Source of the DNA: Oscillospiraceae bacterium
GTDB taxonomy: Bacteria > Bacillota > Clostridia > Oscillospirales > Acutalibacteraceae
Direction: 5' to 3'
Length of the DNA: 64,000 nucleotides
Assembly (NCBI GenBank): GCA_015065785.1
Contig: SVPR01000007.1
Location: forward strand, 35,634-99,633
Shown here piece by piece: positions 25,125-35,232 of the stretch. The notes below the pieces were generated by a model. The model made no database searches. It saw only the letters and a list, made by a program, of their open reading frames with translations, and was not told the DNA's origin. Position 1 is the first letter of the stretch; each line of letters starts with the position of its first letter. The position numbers were made by a program, and so were the translations under genes.

Positions 25125-28100
25125 ATGAAGCGCTCTGTTTCAATTAGAGTTATCTCAATGCTTCTTGCTGTAATGGTTATCTTCGGCACCTTAGGAGTAG
25201 CTACCCTTGCAGCAGACAAAGAGTTCGGGGGAACTTATGGTTATATTGTACCTACCGACTCTAATCTTTCAGCACCAAAAACATCTTACACCTTTTATGG
25301 TAACTCTACCGTTCTTTACTTTATGCTTTTCAGTAATGGTAAAGAAAACTCTTTTTACACGGTAGAAATTTATTCAAGCTCTGACTACAACCCTGACAAT
25401 GTTGTGTCAAGCTTCACTTCCGAATATGGTGATAAGGGCACAGCGCCTCTTGCACTTACCTGGCCATTCAAATCAAACCCAAGTGGTACTTATTACGGAA
25501 GATGCTACACTTCAATTATTGATGGCGAAGACGAAACAATAGATACTTCTACAATTTATGAATTCACTATAAAGCTTAACCGTCTTGGTAAAGAAGAGGT
25601 TGCATTAACAAGCGTTGCAAACGGCAAAGCTGGTGTTGTGCTTAAATGGACAGGATTAAGCACAGCCACAAAATACAGAGTTTACAGAAAACTCAAAGGT
25701 GACACAAGCTGGACTGTTCTTAAAGATGTACCCGCCGGTACCACATCTTACACAGATGCAACCGCAAAAAGTGGTGTTCAATACACATACACAGTTAAGG
25801 CTTTTGATAAGCTTTACTCAAGTCTTTACAATAAAACAGGACTTACAACTATGTTCCTTTCAGCACCAAAGCTCACTCAACCAACAGCAAGTTCAGATAT
25901 TTACCCAGTGATAAAATGGTCACAGGTTGCAGGTTGTCAGGGTTACTACATTTACAGAAAGGGTGGCTCACTCAACGACTCAACCGATTGGAAGAGAATT
26001 GCCACTGTAAAAGGTGCTACAACCTTAAGCTATACAGATAAAACTGCTACAAGTGCTGACTGGCAATACGACTACACTGTGCGTGCATATAATGGCAGCT
26101 ACGGCAGTTCTTATGATGCAGCGGGTGTTAGTTACAATTGTGTTTCTGCTCCTGTTTTAAAATCCGCTTCGAGTGTTAATGGCGGTGTTAAGATTACCTG
26201 GTTAGATACAAACACTGCAACAAAGAAGTTTAACATCTACCGCAAAGCCCCCGGCGAAACATCATGGTCAAAAATAGGCACTTCAACAACCGCTTCTTTC
26301 ACAGATAAAAATGTTACTAATGGCACTACTTACACTTACACCGTAAAAACCGTTTCAAGTACAAATGTAAGCTCATACAACAAAACAGGTATTTCTACTC
26401 TTTACATTGAAACACCTGCGTTGAAAAAAATATCAATTGCAAATAATGGTGATACTACCGTAACCTGGGGCGCAGTTAAGGGTGCAAAAGGCTACTATGT
26501 TTATAAGAGTGTAAACGGCGGAAGCTGGACAAAAATTGCAACCATAAAAAATGCAAGCACTCTTTCTTATAAAGATACTACAGCAAAAAAATCAGGCGAA
26601 ACCTACACCTACACAGTTCGTGCATTTAACGGCTCATACGGAAGTTACTATGTAACAAGTGGTATTTCTGCTATGTACCTTTCTACACCTACTGTAACTG
26701 TAAAAAATGATTACACAGTTGAACAAGGTAGCACCGTAAAGGTTTCATGGAACTCTATCGCAGGTGCAAAGAGCTACAGGGTTTACAGAAAAACCTCCTC
26801 CGATAGCACTTGGACAATAATCGCAGATGATTACACAGATAAAGTTTACTACGATAAAACCGCAGAAAGCGGTGTTAACTATTACTACACTGTAAAAGCT
26901 AAAAATGCTTCTTATATGAGTGGTTACACTTCAAGTGCACTTATCACAGTGCTCGCTGCACCAATCCTTAATGATGCAATTGTAACTGATACTGGCGTTA
27001 AAATTTCATGGAGCGAAGTAGGAGGAGCAACTAGCTACATTGTATTCAGAAGAACACTTACAGGCGCTTGGGAAAACCTCGGCACCTCTTCAACTACAGA
27101 ATATGTTGATATAACAAACAACTCAACTACAACACCTTATATTTACACAGTTCGTGCAGTTTTAGGCGACTTAAAGAGTAACTATATGGTTAACGGCGTT
27201 AAAAACTATATAAATGTAGATACAACAGACATCATTTTTGAAAACAATGTTGAAGCAAATACTGCATTTGTTAACTTAACATGGACTGCCAGCGGTGCTG
27301 ACTCTTACGAAATCTACCGTTCAGACAATGGTTCTGCTCCTGTTCTTTTGGCAACAGTTTCTGCTACAGAGCAACAAAGCTTCATTGATGATGAAATAAT
27401 TCAGGGTACAACTCACATTTATACAGTTAAGCCAATTAAAGAAGGAAAGCTTTCAGTTACTCTCGATTCCGAATCAGTTAAATGGGACTTCCCACCTGTA
27501 CCTGTAATTAAAGTTCTTGCAGTTCCTGCTTATGCTAAGGTTGATTTAGCAGACAGAATTGAAATTTACTGGGAAGGCACAGAGGTTGCCGAAAGCTACG
27601 ATGTATATCGCAGAACTGCTGATTCTGATTGGGTATATTTAACCACAGTAGCAAAAGACAGCGAATACACTTACATTGATACTGACATCGAAACAGATGT
27701 AACTTATTATTACAGTGTTAAAGGTGTGGCTTCTGACCGTGACAGCCTTTTCGACAATGTAGGTACAGAAGCAATGCTCAATGGTCCTGTTGAAGAAATT
27801 CAGGATATGTTCGCTCAGCTTACAGATGACCCAAGTGAAAAAGGTAAAAAACAAGTTACCCTTGCCTGGGCACCAAACGAAAAAGCTTCGCTTTACAAAG
27901 TAATGCGTAAAGCTGGTCCTGATGGTGAATGGGAATTTATGGGACTCTTCCTTAGCTGTGATGTATTAGTATTTACTGATAATACAATTGAGCAAGGCAT
28001 TGAATACACTTACACAATTCACACCTATGCACCAGACAGACCAAGCATTAACAACCTCGTAGGTAAAAAGATTATCTGGACAGACGGTACTGAGGACACA

Positions 28101-28271
28101 ACAACTCCTGAAACTACTGTTCCTGACACAACTATTCCGGATACAACAGTTCCTGAAACCACTGTTCCTGAAGTAACAGTTCCCGACACTACAGTTCCTG
28201 AAACAACACTTCCAACAACAAAACCGGAAGATACAACCTATGATGGTAGCTTAGATATTCCGGATGCTTAA
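25125..28271 (+). CDS. secreted protein with 9 tandem Fn3-like modules and Thr/Pro-rich tail
   Basis: ATG 25125 after AGGAGG. Signal peptide MKRSVSIRVISMLLAVMVIFGTLGVATLAA. About 130-aa unknown N-domain, then 9 modules of the same family as 9641-16395. C-terminal (TTVPE/D)n. Confidence 0.85.
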   Translation: MKRSVSIRVISMLLAVMVIFGTLGVATLAADKEFGGTYGYIVPTDSNLSAPKTSYTFYGNSTVLYFMLFSNGKENSFYTVEIYSSSDYNPDNVVSSFTSEYGDKGTAPLALTWPFKSNPSGTYYGRCYTSIIDGEDETIDTSTIYEFTIKLNRLGKEEVALTSVANGKAGVVLKWTGLSTATKYRVYRKLKGDTSWTVLKDVPAGTTSYTDATAKSGVQYTYTVKAFDKLYSSLYNKTGLTTMFLSAPKLTQPTASSDIYPVIKWSQVAGCQGYYIYRKGGSLNDSTDWKRIATVKGATTLSYTDKTATSADWQYDYTVRAYNGSYGSSYDAAGVSYNCVSAPVLKSASSVNGGVKITWLDTNTATKKFNIYRKAPGETSWSKIGTSTTASFTDKNVTNGTTYTYTVKTVSSTNVSSYNKTGISTLYIETPALKKISIANNGDTTVTWGAVKGAKGYYVYKSVNGGSWTKIATIKNASTLSYKDTTAKKSGETYTYTVRAFNGSYGSYYVTSGISAMYLSTPTVTVKNDYTVEQGSTVKVSWNSIAGAKSYRVYRKTSSDSTWTIIADDYTDKVYYDKTAESGVNYYYTVKAKNASYMSGYTSSALITVLAAPILNDAIVTDTGVKISWSEVGGATSYIVFRRTLTGAWENLGTSSTTEYVDITNNSTTTPYIYTVRAVLGDLKSNYMVNGVKNYINVDTTDIIFENNVEANTAFVNLTWTASGADSYEIYRSDNGSAPVLLATVSATEQQSFIDDEIIQGTTHIYTVKPIKEGKLSVTLDSESVKWDFPPVPVIKVLAVPAYAKVDLADRIEIYWEGTEVAESYDVYRRTADSDWVYLTTVAKDSEYTYIDTDIETDVTYYYSVKGVASDRDSLFDNVGTEAMLNGPVEEIQDMFAQLTDDPSEKGKKQVTLAWAPNEKASLYKVMRKAGPDGEWEFMGLFLSCDVLVFTDNTIEQGIEYTYTIHTYAPDRPSINNLVGKKIIWTDGTEDTTTPETTVPDTTIPDTTVPETTVPEVTVPDTTVPETTLPTTKPEDTTYDGSLDIPDA
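28099..28218 (+). repeat. 15-nt in-frame tandem repeat (about 8 units) encoding T-T-V/I-P-E/D
   Basis: Units read directly: acaacaactcctgaa / actactgttcctgac / acaactattccggat / acaacagttcctgaa ... Confidence 0.8.
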
Positions 28272-28280
28272 ATAAAAAAT

Positions 28281-28320
28281 AAATCCGTTACAAGTTCATT
28301 ACTTGTAGCGGATTTTAATT
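28281..28320 (+). terminator. intrinsic terminator
   Basis: AAATCCGTTACAAGT-tcatt-ACTTGTAGCGGATTT followed by TAATTT. Confidence 0.7.
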
Positions 28321-28388
28321 TAACTCTACGAATCATAGGTTGATTATTTTTTAGATTATTATAAACTATTTACAAAGGGAGTGATAAT

Positions 28389-29150
28389 TTGAATGCACAA
28401 AAATGCGGGGAATTTATTGCTGAATTAAGAAAAGAGAAAAATTTAACACAAAAAGATTTAGCAAATGAGCTTAATGTTTCAGATAAAGCAATTTCTCGTT
28501 GGGAAACAGGTAAAGGCTTCCCCGATGTTGATTCTTTACAGGCTTTGAGTAAATTTTTCTCCGTTACAATAAACGAACTTTTAGCAGGAGAAAAAGCAGA
28601 AATTGAAACATTTGAAGAAAAGTCAGGAGAAAAAATAGAAAATAAAAAAATAGAAATTTTAGCCGAAGAAAATATAATTTCTGCATTTAAAGAAAAAGAA
28701 GAAGTAAAAAAATCAAATAAAATAATTTCTATAATTTTCTCAATATTTTTTGGTATAGTTTTCTTTATTGCAATTTTAGCACACGGTTCAGAAACATCTT
28801 TGAAATACTTAGCACACACAATCAAAATTGAAAACCCCTGGGAATTCGCATTTTTGCTTTTTATGGAATTATGTATTTTTTCACTTGGATTACTTGTTTC
28901 TAAAGGGCATTATAAAATTTTACACAAATATCATTATCGCAATGTAACCAACAAAAAAGAATATTCCAAAAAAATAGGAATAGGAATTATGTGGCTCAGT
29001 GCACCACTATTTGTTACTACAATATTAAGTATGTGGTCATCATTTAATATTATTGCTATTATAAGCAGTGCCATTTTACCAGCTTCTTATATATTTATAA
29101 TAATATACCTCATTACAGTTCAGGTTAAATATAATGGAGGTATCTTTTAA
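28389..29150 (+). CDS. XRE-family HTH protein with C-terminal membrane domain
   Basis: TTG start after AGGGAG. HTH_3 region GEFIAELRKEKNLTQKDLANELNVSDKAISRWETGKGFPDV. Several hydrophobic segments in the C-terminal half. Confidence 0.75.
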   Translation: MNAQKCGEFIAELRKEKNLTQKDLANELNVSDKAISRWETGKGFPDVDSLQALSKFFSVTINELLAGEKAEIETFEEKSGEKIENKKIEILAEENIISAFKEKEEVKKSNKIISIIFSIFFGIVFFIAILAHGSETSLKYLAHTIKIENPWEFAFLLFMELCIFSLGLLVSKGHYKILHKYHYRNVTNKKEYSKKIGIGIMWLSAPLFVTTILSMWSSFNIIAIISSAILPASYIFIIIYLITVQVKYNGGIF

Positions 29151-29157
29151 AACAAAT

Positions 29158-29202
29158 ATCCCCACAGATATTTTCTCAAAATATCTGTGGGGATGATTTT
29201 TT
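29158..29202. terminator. bidirectional intrinsic terminator
   Basis: ATCCCCACAGATATTT-tctca-AAATATCTGTGGGGAT followed by GATTTTTT. Confidence 0.8.
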
Positions 29203-29206
29203 AAAC

Positions 29207-31090
29207 TTAATCTTCCTGAGCTGCTGCTTTAACAACCTCATCAGGAACTGCTTCGCCGTGTTTTACGAAGAAGAGCATTATAATCGCTATCGCAAACGCC
29301 ACAGGGCTGTAATAGAAGAGCGACATATAAGTTCCTGAGAACATTCTTATAAAGCCGTAGAGAATAGGAGATGCGATTTGTGCTGAGAAAGTTGCTGTGT
29401 AGTAATAACCTGTGAAAGTACCAACCTTTTCAACACCACCAATATCAAGAACAAGTGGAAGTGTGTTAACGGTGATGAACATATTTGCAGAACCACCGAG
29501 AACAAGAACAGGATAAATAAGAATGCGAAGTATTTTTGTAATATCAGTTACTGCTAAGCTAACTGCTGAAAGTGCACTTGCAAAGCTTGCATTTTCTTCA
29601 GCACCGAGAACATCCTGACTTACAGTAATAACTGCATCATAAATACCCTCACCTGCATTTGCTTCAAGGTAAACCTCAAAGTCTTCATAATAGCTATCAG
29701 TAGCAGTTGTTTCGCCTGCTTCTTTTGCTGTTACGAAAGCTAAGTAGCCTTCCATTGAAAGAACCGCTTCATCCTTAAGCTCAATGCCGGCCTCTTTAGC
29801 CTCTGCACTCTTCTCAGAGTTATAAGCGTTAATCTGGTCATTAACTGCAATATACGCGTTATTAACCTGAACATATTTATTTATTGTAAGGTTCTTGCTA
29901 CCGAGCATTCCAAGGAATACACCAAAGAACATAATAAACGCTGCAAGGAATACTGCAAGACCTGCAAAGATTGTCTTTTTTCTGCCGAATTTCTTACCTG
30001 ATTTACCTGCAGGGATTGCCGCAATAGCTGAGCAAACTGCAAAAATAAGCATTATAATTGTTGCTTCTGATGTAATCATATGAAGAATTTCTTGTGCAAA
30101 AAGTGAGAAGAATGTTGTAATAGCATTTGCTGCACAGAAAAGGAAGAAAAGACAAGCAAGCATAAAGAGAAGACTCTTTCTTTCGCTTCTTGTAAGCTTT
30201 GTAGCTTTAAGAGCAGCTTTCTGAGCTTTAGCAGCTTCTTTCGCTGCTTTCTTTCTTGCTTTTTCGTCAGCGTACTGGTTAGCTTCACCTTTAAGCTTAA
30301 TGCTTGTATCCTGCTCTTTAACAAAGAAGAGAAGAACGAGCATACCTAAAATCATAATAACAGAGCCCAAAATGAAAACATAAGGGAATGAAAGTGTTTC
30401 ATCAGCCTTAATCTGAGCACTGCTGTAACCGCCAATAAGTGTGCAGAGTGCAATAGCAATTGTACCGGCAACCATACCAACAGCTGAGCCTAAGCCACCC
30501 ATAAGGTTAATAACTGCGTTACCCTCTGAACGAAGCTCAGGTGGTGTTAAGTCAGGCATCAATGCAACAACAGGTGCACGCCACAAAGACATTGAGAATA
30601 CAAACAAAATAACTGTAAGCATTGTAAGTGGAAGAGTTAAAGTGCCCTGCACATTCAACGCAACTATCGGGATAAGTGTAAACAACACCGCTGAAATAGG
30701 TGCGCAAGCTACAATAAACGGACGGCGTTTACCTAACTTTGAGTGACAGTTATCTGAAAGCTTACCAAATGTCGGTTGGAAAATAACACCGAAAATATTA
30801 TCGAATGTCATAATAATACCGATAAAGAGTGGAACTAAAGTAAAGCCACCGCCTAAAGCAACAGTGCTTTCACCTTGTGCTGCAGCAAAGTCACCAATCC
30901 ACGGAACAGCCTTTGCTATTGCATTACTCCACTCAGAAATCATTGCACTTTCTGAAAGGATTTTATTAAGAATTTTTGTAATGTATGGGTCGTAAATCGC
31001 CCAGGCAATTGATGTAGCCAAGAAGCCGAATCCAGTTAAAATCGTCTTTTTATAGTCGAGCTTTAAACCGCTTTTTGTTTTTTCAGCCAT
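29207..31090 (-). CDS. MFS transporter with two large non-membrane inserts
   Basis: ATG 31090 after GGAGGT. Polytopic MFS pattern interrupted by a Lys/Ala-rich loop (ADEKARKKAAKEAAKAQKAALKATK, about 30180-30300) and an acidic soluble insert of about 125 aa (about 29520-29890). Confidence 0.75.
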   Translation of the reverse strand: MAEKTKSGLKLDYKKTILTGFGFLATSIAWAIYDPYITKILNKILSESAMISEWSNAIAKAVPWIGDFAAAQGESTVALGGGFTLVPLFIGIIMTFDNIFGVIFQPTFGKLSDNCHSKLGKRRPFIVACAPISAVLFTLIPIVALNVQGTLTLPLTMLTVILFVFSMSLWRAPVVALMPDLTPPELRSEGNAVINLMGGLGSAVGMVAGTIAIALCTLIGGYSSAQIKADETLSFPYVFILGSVIMILGMLVLLFFVKEQDTSIKLKGEANQYADEKARKKAAKEAAKAQKAALKATKLTRSERKSLLFMLACLFFLFCAANAITTFFSLFAQEILHMITSEATIIMLIFAVCSAIAAIPAGKSGKKFGRKKTIFAGLAVFLAAFIMFFGVFLGMLGSKNLTINKYVQVNNAYIAVNDQINAYNSEKSAEAKEAGIELKDEAVLSMEGYLAFVTAKEAGETTATDSYYEDFEVYLEANAGEGIYDAVITVSQDVLGAEENASFASALSAVSLAVTDITKILRILIYPVLVLGGSANMFITVNTLPLVLDIGGVEKVGTFTGYYYTATFSAQIASPILYGFIRMFSGTYMSLFYYSPVAFAIAIIMLFFVKHGEAVPDEVVKAAAQED

Positions 31091-31217
31091 CGGAACTACC
31101 TCCATTCATAAATTGATATTTCGATTATAACATAATTGGATTCAATTTCCAATTACAAATACTGTTTAAAATCATTTTTGGAATTTTACCCAAATAAAGC
31201 GTTTTTATTTTGTGCAA

Positions 31218-32324
31218 TTATTTTACTTGCTTACTTCTATAAGCTTCAGCTTCCCAATTCACAATAAAATCAGTCAATTCATCGGTCATTGGCTTGCCGC
31301 CGCCAAAGCTTTCAGCATAGCACGCAATTTTAAGTGCATCATTAAAGAGCATTGAAGCATTTTCAGAGCCTTTTTCACTTACATCTACCGCATAAGCACC
31401 GCAGTCTTTAACAAGAATAAGCTTTGGTAAAAATCCGTTTTGTGTTTTGTATTCTTCCACTTTTTCAGGAATTGTTTTTTCATCTTCAATATAAAGCGGA
31501 TATGGCTTACAGTAAACTATCTGGTCAGGGTTAAATGGCTTATAGATTTTTTCTACTGTGTCTTTGCTTTTTGCCACATTTAAAGATTCTACTGACGGGT
31601 CATAAGTAATGACAGATTCGTCTGAAAATGTATCATTTAAAACATTAAATGTACTCATACTCTTGTCGCCATCAAATTCACCTGATGATAAGTCAGGCTC
31701 TCTTTTTATTTCATTTCTTATTTTACTTGTTATAAGACCTAACTTTTCGCCTAATTCCTCTACTGTGTTACCTGCTACGAATACACCGTGATTTTCGAGT
31801 AAAATCATATCAGCTGACTTACCCATTTTCTTTTTATATTCTTCCATTAAATCAAAGCAGATTTTTGAAAGAACATAGCCAGGCTTACAAACATCTACCC
31901 AGATTACACTATCACCGAATAACTCTCTTGCTTTTTCTTTACCATTTTGTGAGCAGGTCAAACCATTAACAAGAGCTGGGTGTAAATGCAAAACAAAAGT
32001 ATATTCAAAAAGACTGTGCAAGGTTGTTTCTACGCTCGGTCTTTTGCTTTCTTCACCAGGCTCTTTAGCAGCGGATAAATCCTCCAAAAACAAAGCTTCT
32101 CTTTCTTTATCGTTATCAGGGTATGTCTTAGTGAAAATATCCCTGAGCTTCGCTCTGTTCATTTTAACAAAGCCGTCTTTTGTAATAGTAGAAAGACTTG
32201 TGCCGGAGCCTTTAATATACATAACTCCATCTTCTTTTGCAGAGGTATTACCGCCACCTGCTAACACAAGCTCTTCGTTACTTCCGTAAAAATTTGAAAA
32301 TCTTACTAATTCATCAACAACCAT
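31218..32324 (-). CDS. class II aldolase/adducin-domain protein (resembles the N-domain of bifunctional rhamnulose-1-P aldolase/SDR)
   Basis: VLAGGGNTSAK...MYIKGSGTSLSTI...GFVKMNR pattern. 2-nt gap to the YgiQ stop. Confidence 0.6.
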   Translation of the reverse strand: MVVDELVRFSNFYGSNEELVLAGGGNTSAKEDGVMYIKGSGTSLSTITKDGFVKMNRAKLRDIFTKTYPDNDKEREALFLEDLSAAKEPGEESKRPSVETTLHSLFEYTFVLHLHPALVNGLTCSQNGKEKARELFGDSVIWVDVCKPGYVLSKICFDLMEEYKKKMGKSADMILLENHGVFVAGNTVEELGEKLGLITSKIRNEIKREPDLSSGEFDGDKSMSTFNVLNDTFSDESVITYDPSVESLNVAKSKDTVEKIYKPFNPDQIVYCKPYPLYIEDEKTIPEKVEEYKTQNGFLPKLILVKDCGAYAVDVSEKGSENASMLFNDALKIACYAESFGGGKPMTDELTDFIVNWEAEAYRSKQVK

Positions 32325-32326
32325 TT

Positions 32327-34237
32327 TTAACGCTTCTTTCCTTTAGTATTTCTTTTAGATTGCATTTTATTATTTGAATGCAGATTGTTTTTTCGAGTAT
32401 TTTGCTTATTATTTTGCTTTGCCTTTTCAACTCTGTCTTTATAAGACGGTGCAACAAGACAATTTTTAGAGTGACCTATTAAATCCTCACGATGAGCAAT
32501 TTTAAGTGCCTTTCTTACTAAATCAGCATTTTTAGGGTCCTTACATTGAAGCAATGCTCTTTGCATTCTTTTTTCTTCTGCAGAACGCGGAACATAAACT
32601 TCATTTAAAGTAAACGGGTCAAGACCTGTATAAAACATAACTGTTGAAGCAGTGCCGGGTGTCGGGTAAAAATCCTGCACCTGTTCGGGATTATAATTCC
32701 ATTTTCTGATAAACTCCGAAAGCTTGATTGCATCCTGTAATTTGCTACCGGGGTGACTTGACATTAAATAAGGCACTAAATACTGTTCTTTATTAAAGCT
32801 CTTTGTAAGTTCAAAATATCTGTTTCTGAATTTTTCATAAACAGTAAAATCGGGCTTACCCATAAGCTTCAGCACACTTTCAGAGCAATGCTCAGGTGCT
32901 ACCTTTAACTGACCGCTTACATGGTCTTTTACAAGCTTTTTAAAGAATGCATTGCCCGACGGTGATTTATCAGCTAAAAGATAATCAAATCTTATACCTG
33001 AACGGATAAACACCTTTTTCACCTTTGGCAATCTTTCAATCTGTGAAAGCAGCTCTATATATTCACTGTGGTCCGCCTTTAAATTTTTACAAGGTGTTGG
33101 CGCAAGACATTTTCTGTCGGCACAAACACCACTTTTTAATTGCTTATCACAAGCATGCTCTCTGAAATTTGCGGTAGGTCCGCCAACATCATTTATGTAG
33201 CCTTTAAAATCTTCCATAGCAGTTAAAAGCTTTGCTTCTTCAACTACACTTTCTACACTTCTTGAACGGACGCTTCTGCCCTGATGGAATGCAAGCGCAC
33301 AGAAGTTACAGCCACCGAAACAGCCTCTGTTGTGAGTAAGTGAAAACTTAACCTCTTCAATAGCAGGCACGCCACCTTGTGACTTATATGAAAAATGGTA
33401 ATCCCTCATATACGGCAAAGCATAAACCTCGTCAAGCTCTTCTCTTGTTAATGGTGGCATTGGCGGATTTTGCACAAGCATTTTATCGCCATAATATTCA
33501 ATTAATGCTTTACCAGAAACACTGTCCTGATTTTTATATTGAACAGCGAAGGCCTTTGCGTATTCTTTTTTATCATTTTTTATTTTACTGAAATCCCAGC
33601 TGCCGCCAATTTCAAAATGCACCTTGTCATCTCTGTTACCGAGCCACACAGTACCGCGAACATCTCTGATTTTATTTATTGGCACACCTTTATCTAAAAG
33701 CTCTGCAATTCTTCTTAAAATATTTTCGCCCATACCATAGGTTAAAATATCTGCTCCCGAATCTACTAAAAGGCTTTGCATTACTGTGTCATCCCAGTAA
33801 TCATAATGACCAAAGCGTCTTAATGATGCTTCAAGTCCACCTAAAATAATTGAAGCTTCGGGGTACGCCTCACGAATTTTTTTACAGTAAACTAAAGTTG
33901 CTCTGTCAGGACGAAGCCCCATTTTGCCATTTGGTGAATAATAATCATAATTTCTTTTTCTTTTAGCTACGGTGTAGTGAGCGACCATTGAGTCAATGTT
34001 TCCTGCTGAAACTAAAAAGGCAAGACGAGGCTCACCGAAACGCTTAAAATCATTCACAGAGCGAAAATCGGGTTGTGCCAAAAAAGCAACATTAAAGCCC
34101 ATATCCTCTAAAACTCTTGTAATTATAGACGCGCCAAAGGACGGGTGGTCAACATACGCGTCACCCGAAACATAAACGAAATCCGGCTGTACCCAGCCAC
34201 GCTCTTCCATTTCTTTTTTAGTTGTAGGTAAAAACAT
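32327..34237 (-). CDS. ygiQ: YgiQ-family (UPF0313) radical SAM protein
   Basis: MFLPTTKKEMEERGW N-terminus typical of the family. Radical SAM CFGGCNFC. Lys/Arg/Asn-rich C-terminal tail. ATG 34237 preferred over the track start at 34249. Confidence 0.8.
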   Translation of the reverse strand: MFLPTTKKEMEERGWVQPDFVYVSGDAYVDHPSFGASIITRVLEDMGFNVAFLAQPDFRSVNDFKRFGEPRLAFLVSAGNIDSMVAHYTVAKRKRNYDYYSPNGKMGLRPDRATLVYCKKIREAYPEASIILGGLEASLRRFGHYDYWDDTVMQSLLVDSGADILTYGMGENILRRIAELLDKGVPINKIRDVRGTVWLGNRDDKVHFEIGGSWDFSKIKNDKKEYAKAFAVQYKNQDSVSGKALIEYYGDKMLVQNPPMPPLTREELDEVYALPYMRDYHFSYKSQGGVPAIEEVKFSLTHNRGCFGGCNFCALAFHQGRSVRSRSVESVVEEAKLLTAMEDFKGYINDVGGPTANFREHACDKQLKSGVCADRKCLAPTPCKNLKADHSEYIELLSQIERLPKVKKVFIRSGIRFDYLLADKSPSGNAFFKKLVKDHVSGQLKVAPEHCSESVLKLMGKPDFTVYEKFRNRYFELTKSFNKEQYLVPYLMSSHPGSKLQDAIKLSEFIRKWNYNPEQVQDFYPTPGTASTVMFYTGLDPFTLNEVYVPRSAEEKRMQRALLQCKDPKNADLVRKALKIAHREDLIGHSKNCLVAPSYKDRVEKAKQNNKQNTRKNNLHSNNKMQSKRNTKGKKR

Positions 34238-34272
34238 TTTGCCTTCCATACTTTAAAATTGCCTTTCACTTT

Positions 34273-35064
34273 TTATAAACCTAATAACTTTTCTGCATTT
34301 TTATAAAAGATTTTATCTTCCTCAGCTTCTGTTAATCCCAGTGTTTTTATCATTCCAATATCCCACGACGGTGCATTCCAGGGGCTGTCTGAGCCGAAAA
34401 TTATTTTATCAGTACCCTTTTTCTCAAGAATTCTCAACGCTCTGTCTTTCGGCATTGTACCGTAGCCGAATGCCGTATCAAAATAGCAATTATCTATATC
34501 GCAAAGATATTTTAAAACATCCTCACCCATAGAAAGACTTCCCCAATGAGCACAAATAACTGGTGTTTCAATAAGTGTTGCTACTTTTCTTAACCTTTCG
34601 GGTGTTGCGTGGTATGGTGGCGGAAAGCCAAAATCCTCACCAGCATGAAATATAAGAATAAAACCTAACTTTTCTATTTTTTTATAAATAGGAAAAAACC
34701 TTTCTTCATCGACAAAAAACTGCTGATAATCCGGGTGAAGCTTAATCCCTTTTATGCCGTCAGCCTTTAATCTTTCAAGCTCTTCTTCCCAATTTTCTGA
34801 AAACGGGAATACCGAGCCAAAAGGAATCAGCCTTTCACTTTTTAAAGATATGGCAAAATCATTAACCTTTGTTTGCTGATTTGCATTTGTGACGATTGAT
34901 AAAACTACACTTTTATCAACACCGTCTTTACTCATTAAATTTAAAAGAGAATCTTTTGTACCATCTGTCTGCGGAATAAGTCCACCTGAAACAAAGCTTA
35001 ATTTTTCTATTGTATTTTTTGCTATTTTGTCGGGAAAACAATGTGTATGAAAATCTATAACCAA
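34273..35064 (-). CDS. TIM-barrel metal-dependent hydrolase (amidohydrolase_2-like)
   Basis: IDFHTHCFP, IKLHPDYQ, IFHAGED, CAHWGS, FGSDSPW motifs. TTG start after AAAGGTGA. Confidence 0.75.
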   Translation of the reverse strand: MVIDFHTHCFPDKIAKNTIEKLSFVSGGLIPQTDGTKDSLLNLMSKDGVDKSVVLSIVTNANQQTKVNDFAISLKSERLIPFGSVFPFSENWEEELERLKADGIKGIKLHPDYQQFFVDEERFFPIYKKIEKLGFILIFHAGEDFGFPPPYHATPERLRKVATLIETPVICAHWGSLSMGEDVLKYLCDIDNCYFDTAFGYGTMPKDRALRILEKKGTDKIIFGSDSPWNAPSWDIGMIKTLGLTEAEEDKIFYKNAEKLLGL

Positions 35065-35232
35065 TTTTTAATCACCTTTTCTATGATAATCCAAATCCAC
35101 TAAAAATTCAACATTTTTCAATAATTTATATATTATATATCTTCTCCACTTCTTGACAAATTATATTGTGTTTGCTAAAATTTATTTTTGTATGGAAGTG
35201 ATATATTCATCTTTCAAAAAGGGGTGTTCATT

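Noticed and set aside
28370-28825. 151-aa minus-strand ORF overlapping the XRE-family gene.
   Set aside because: It is a low-complexity Ser/Phe/Ile-rich antisense translation of an AT-rich gene. The plus-strand frame has a textbook HTH domain and RBS.
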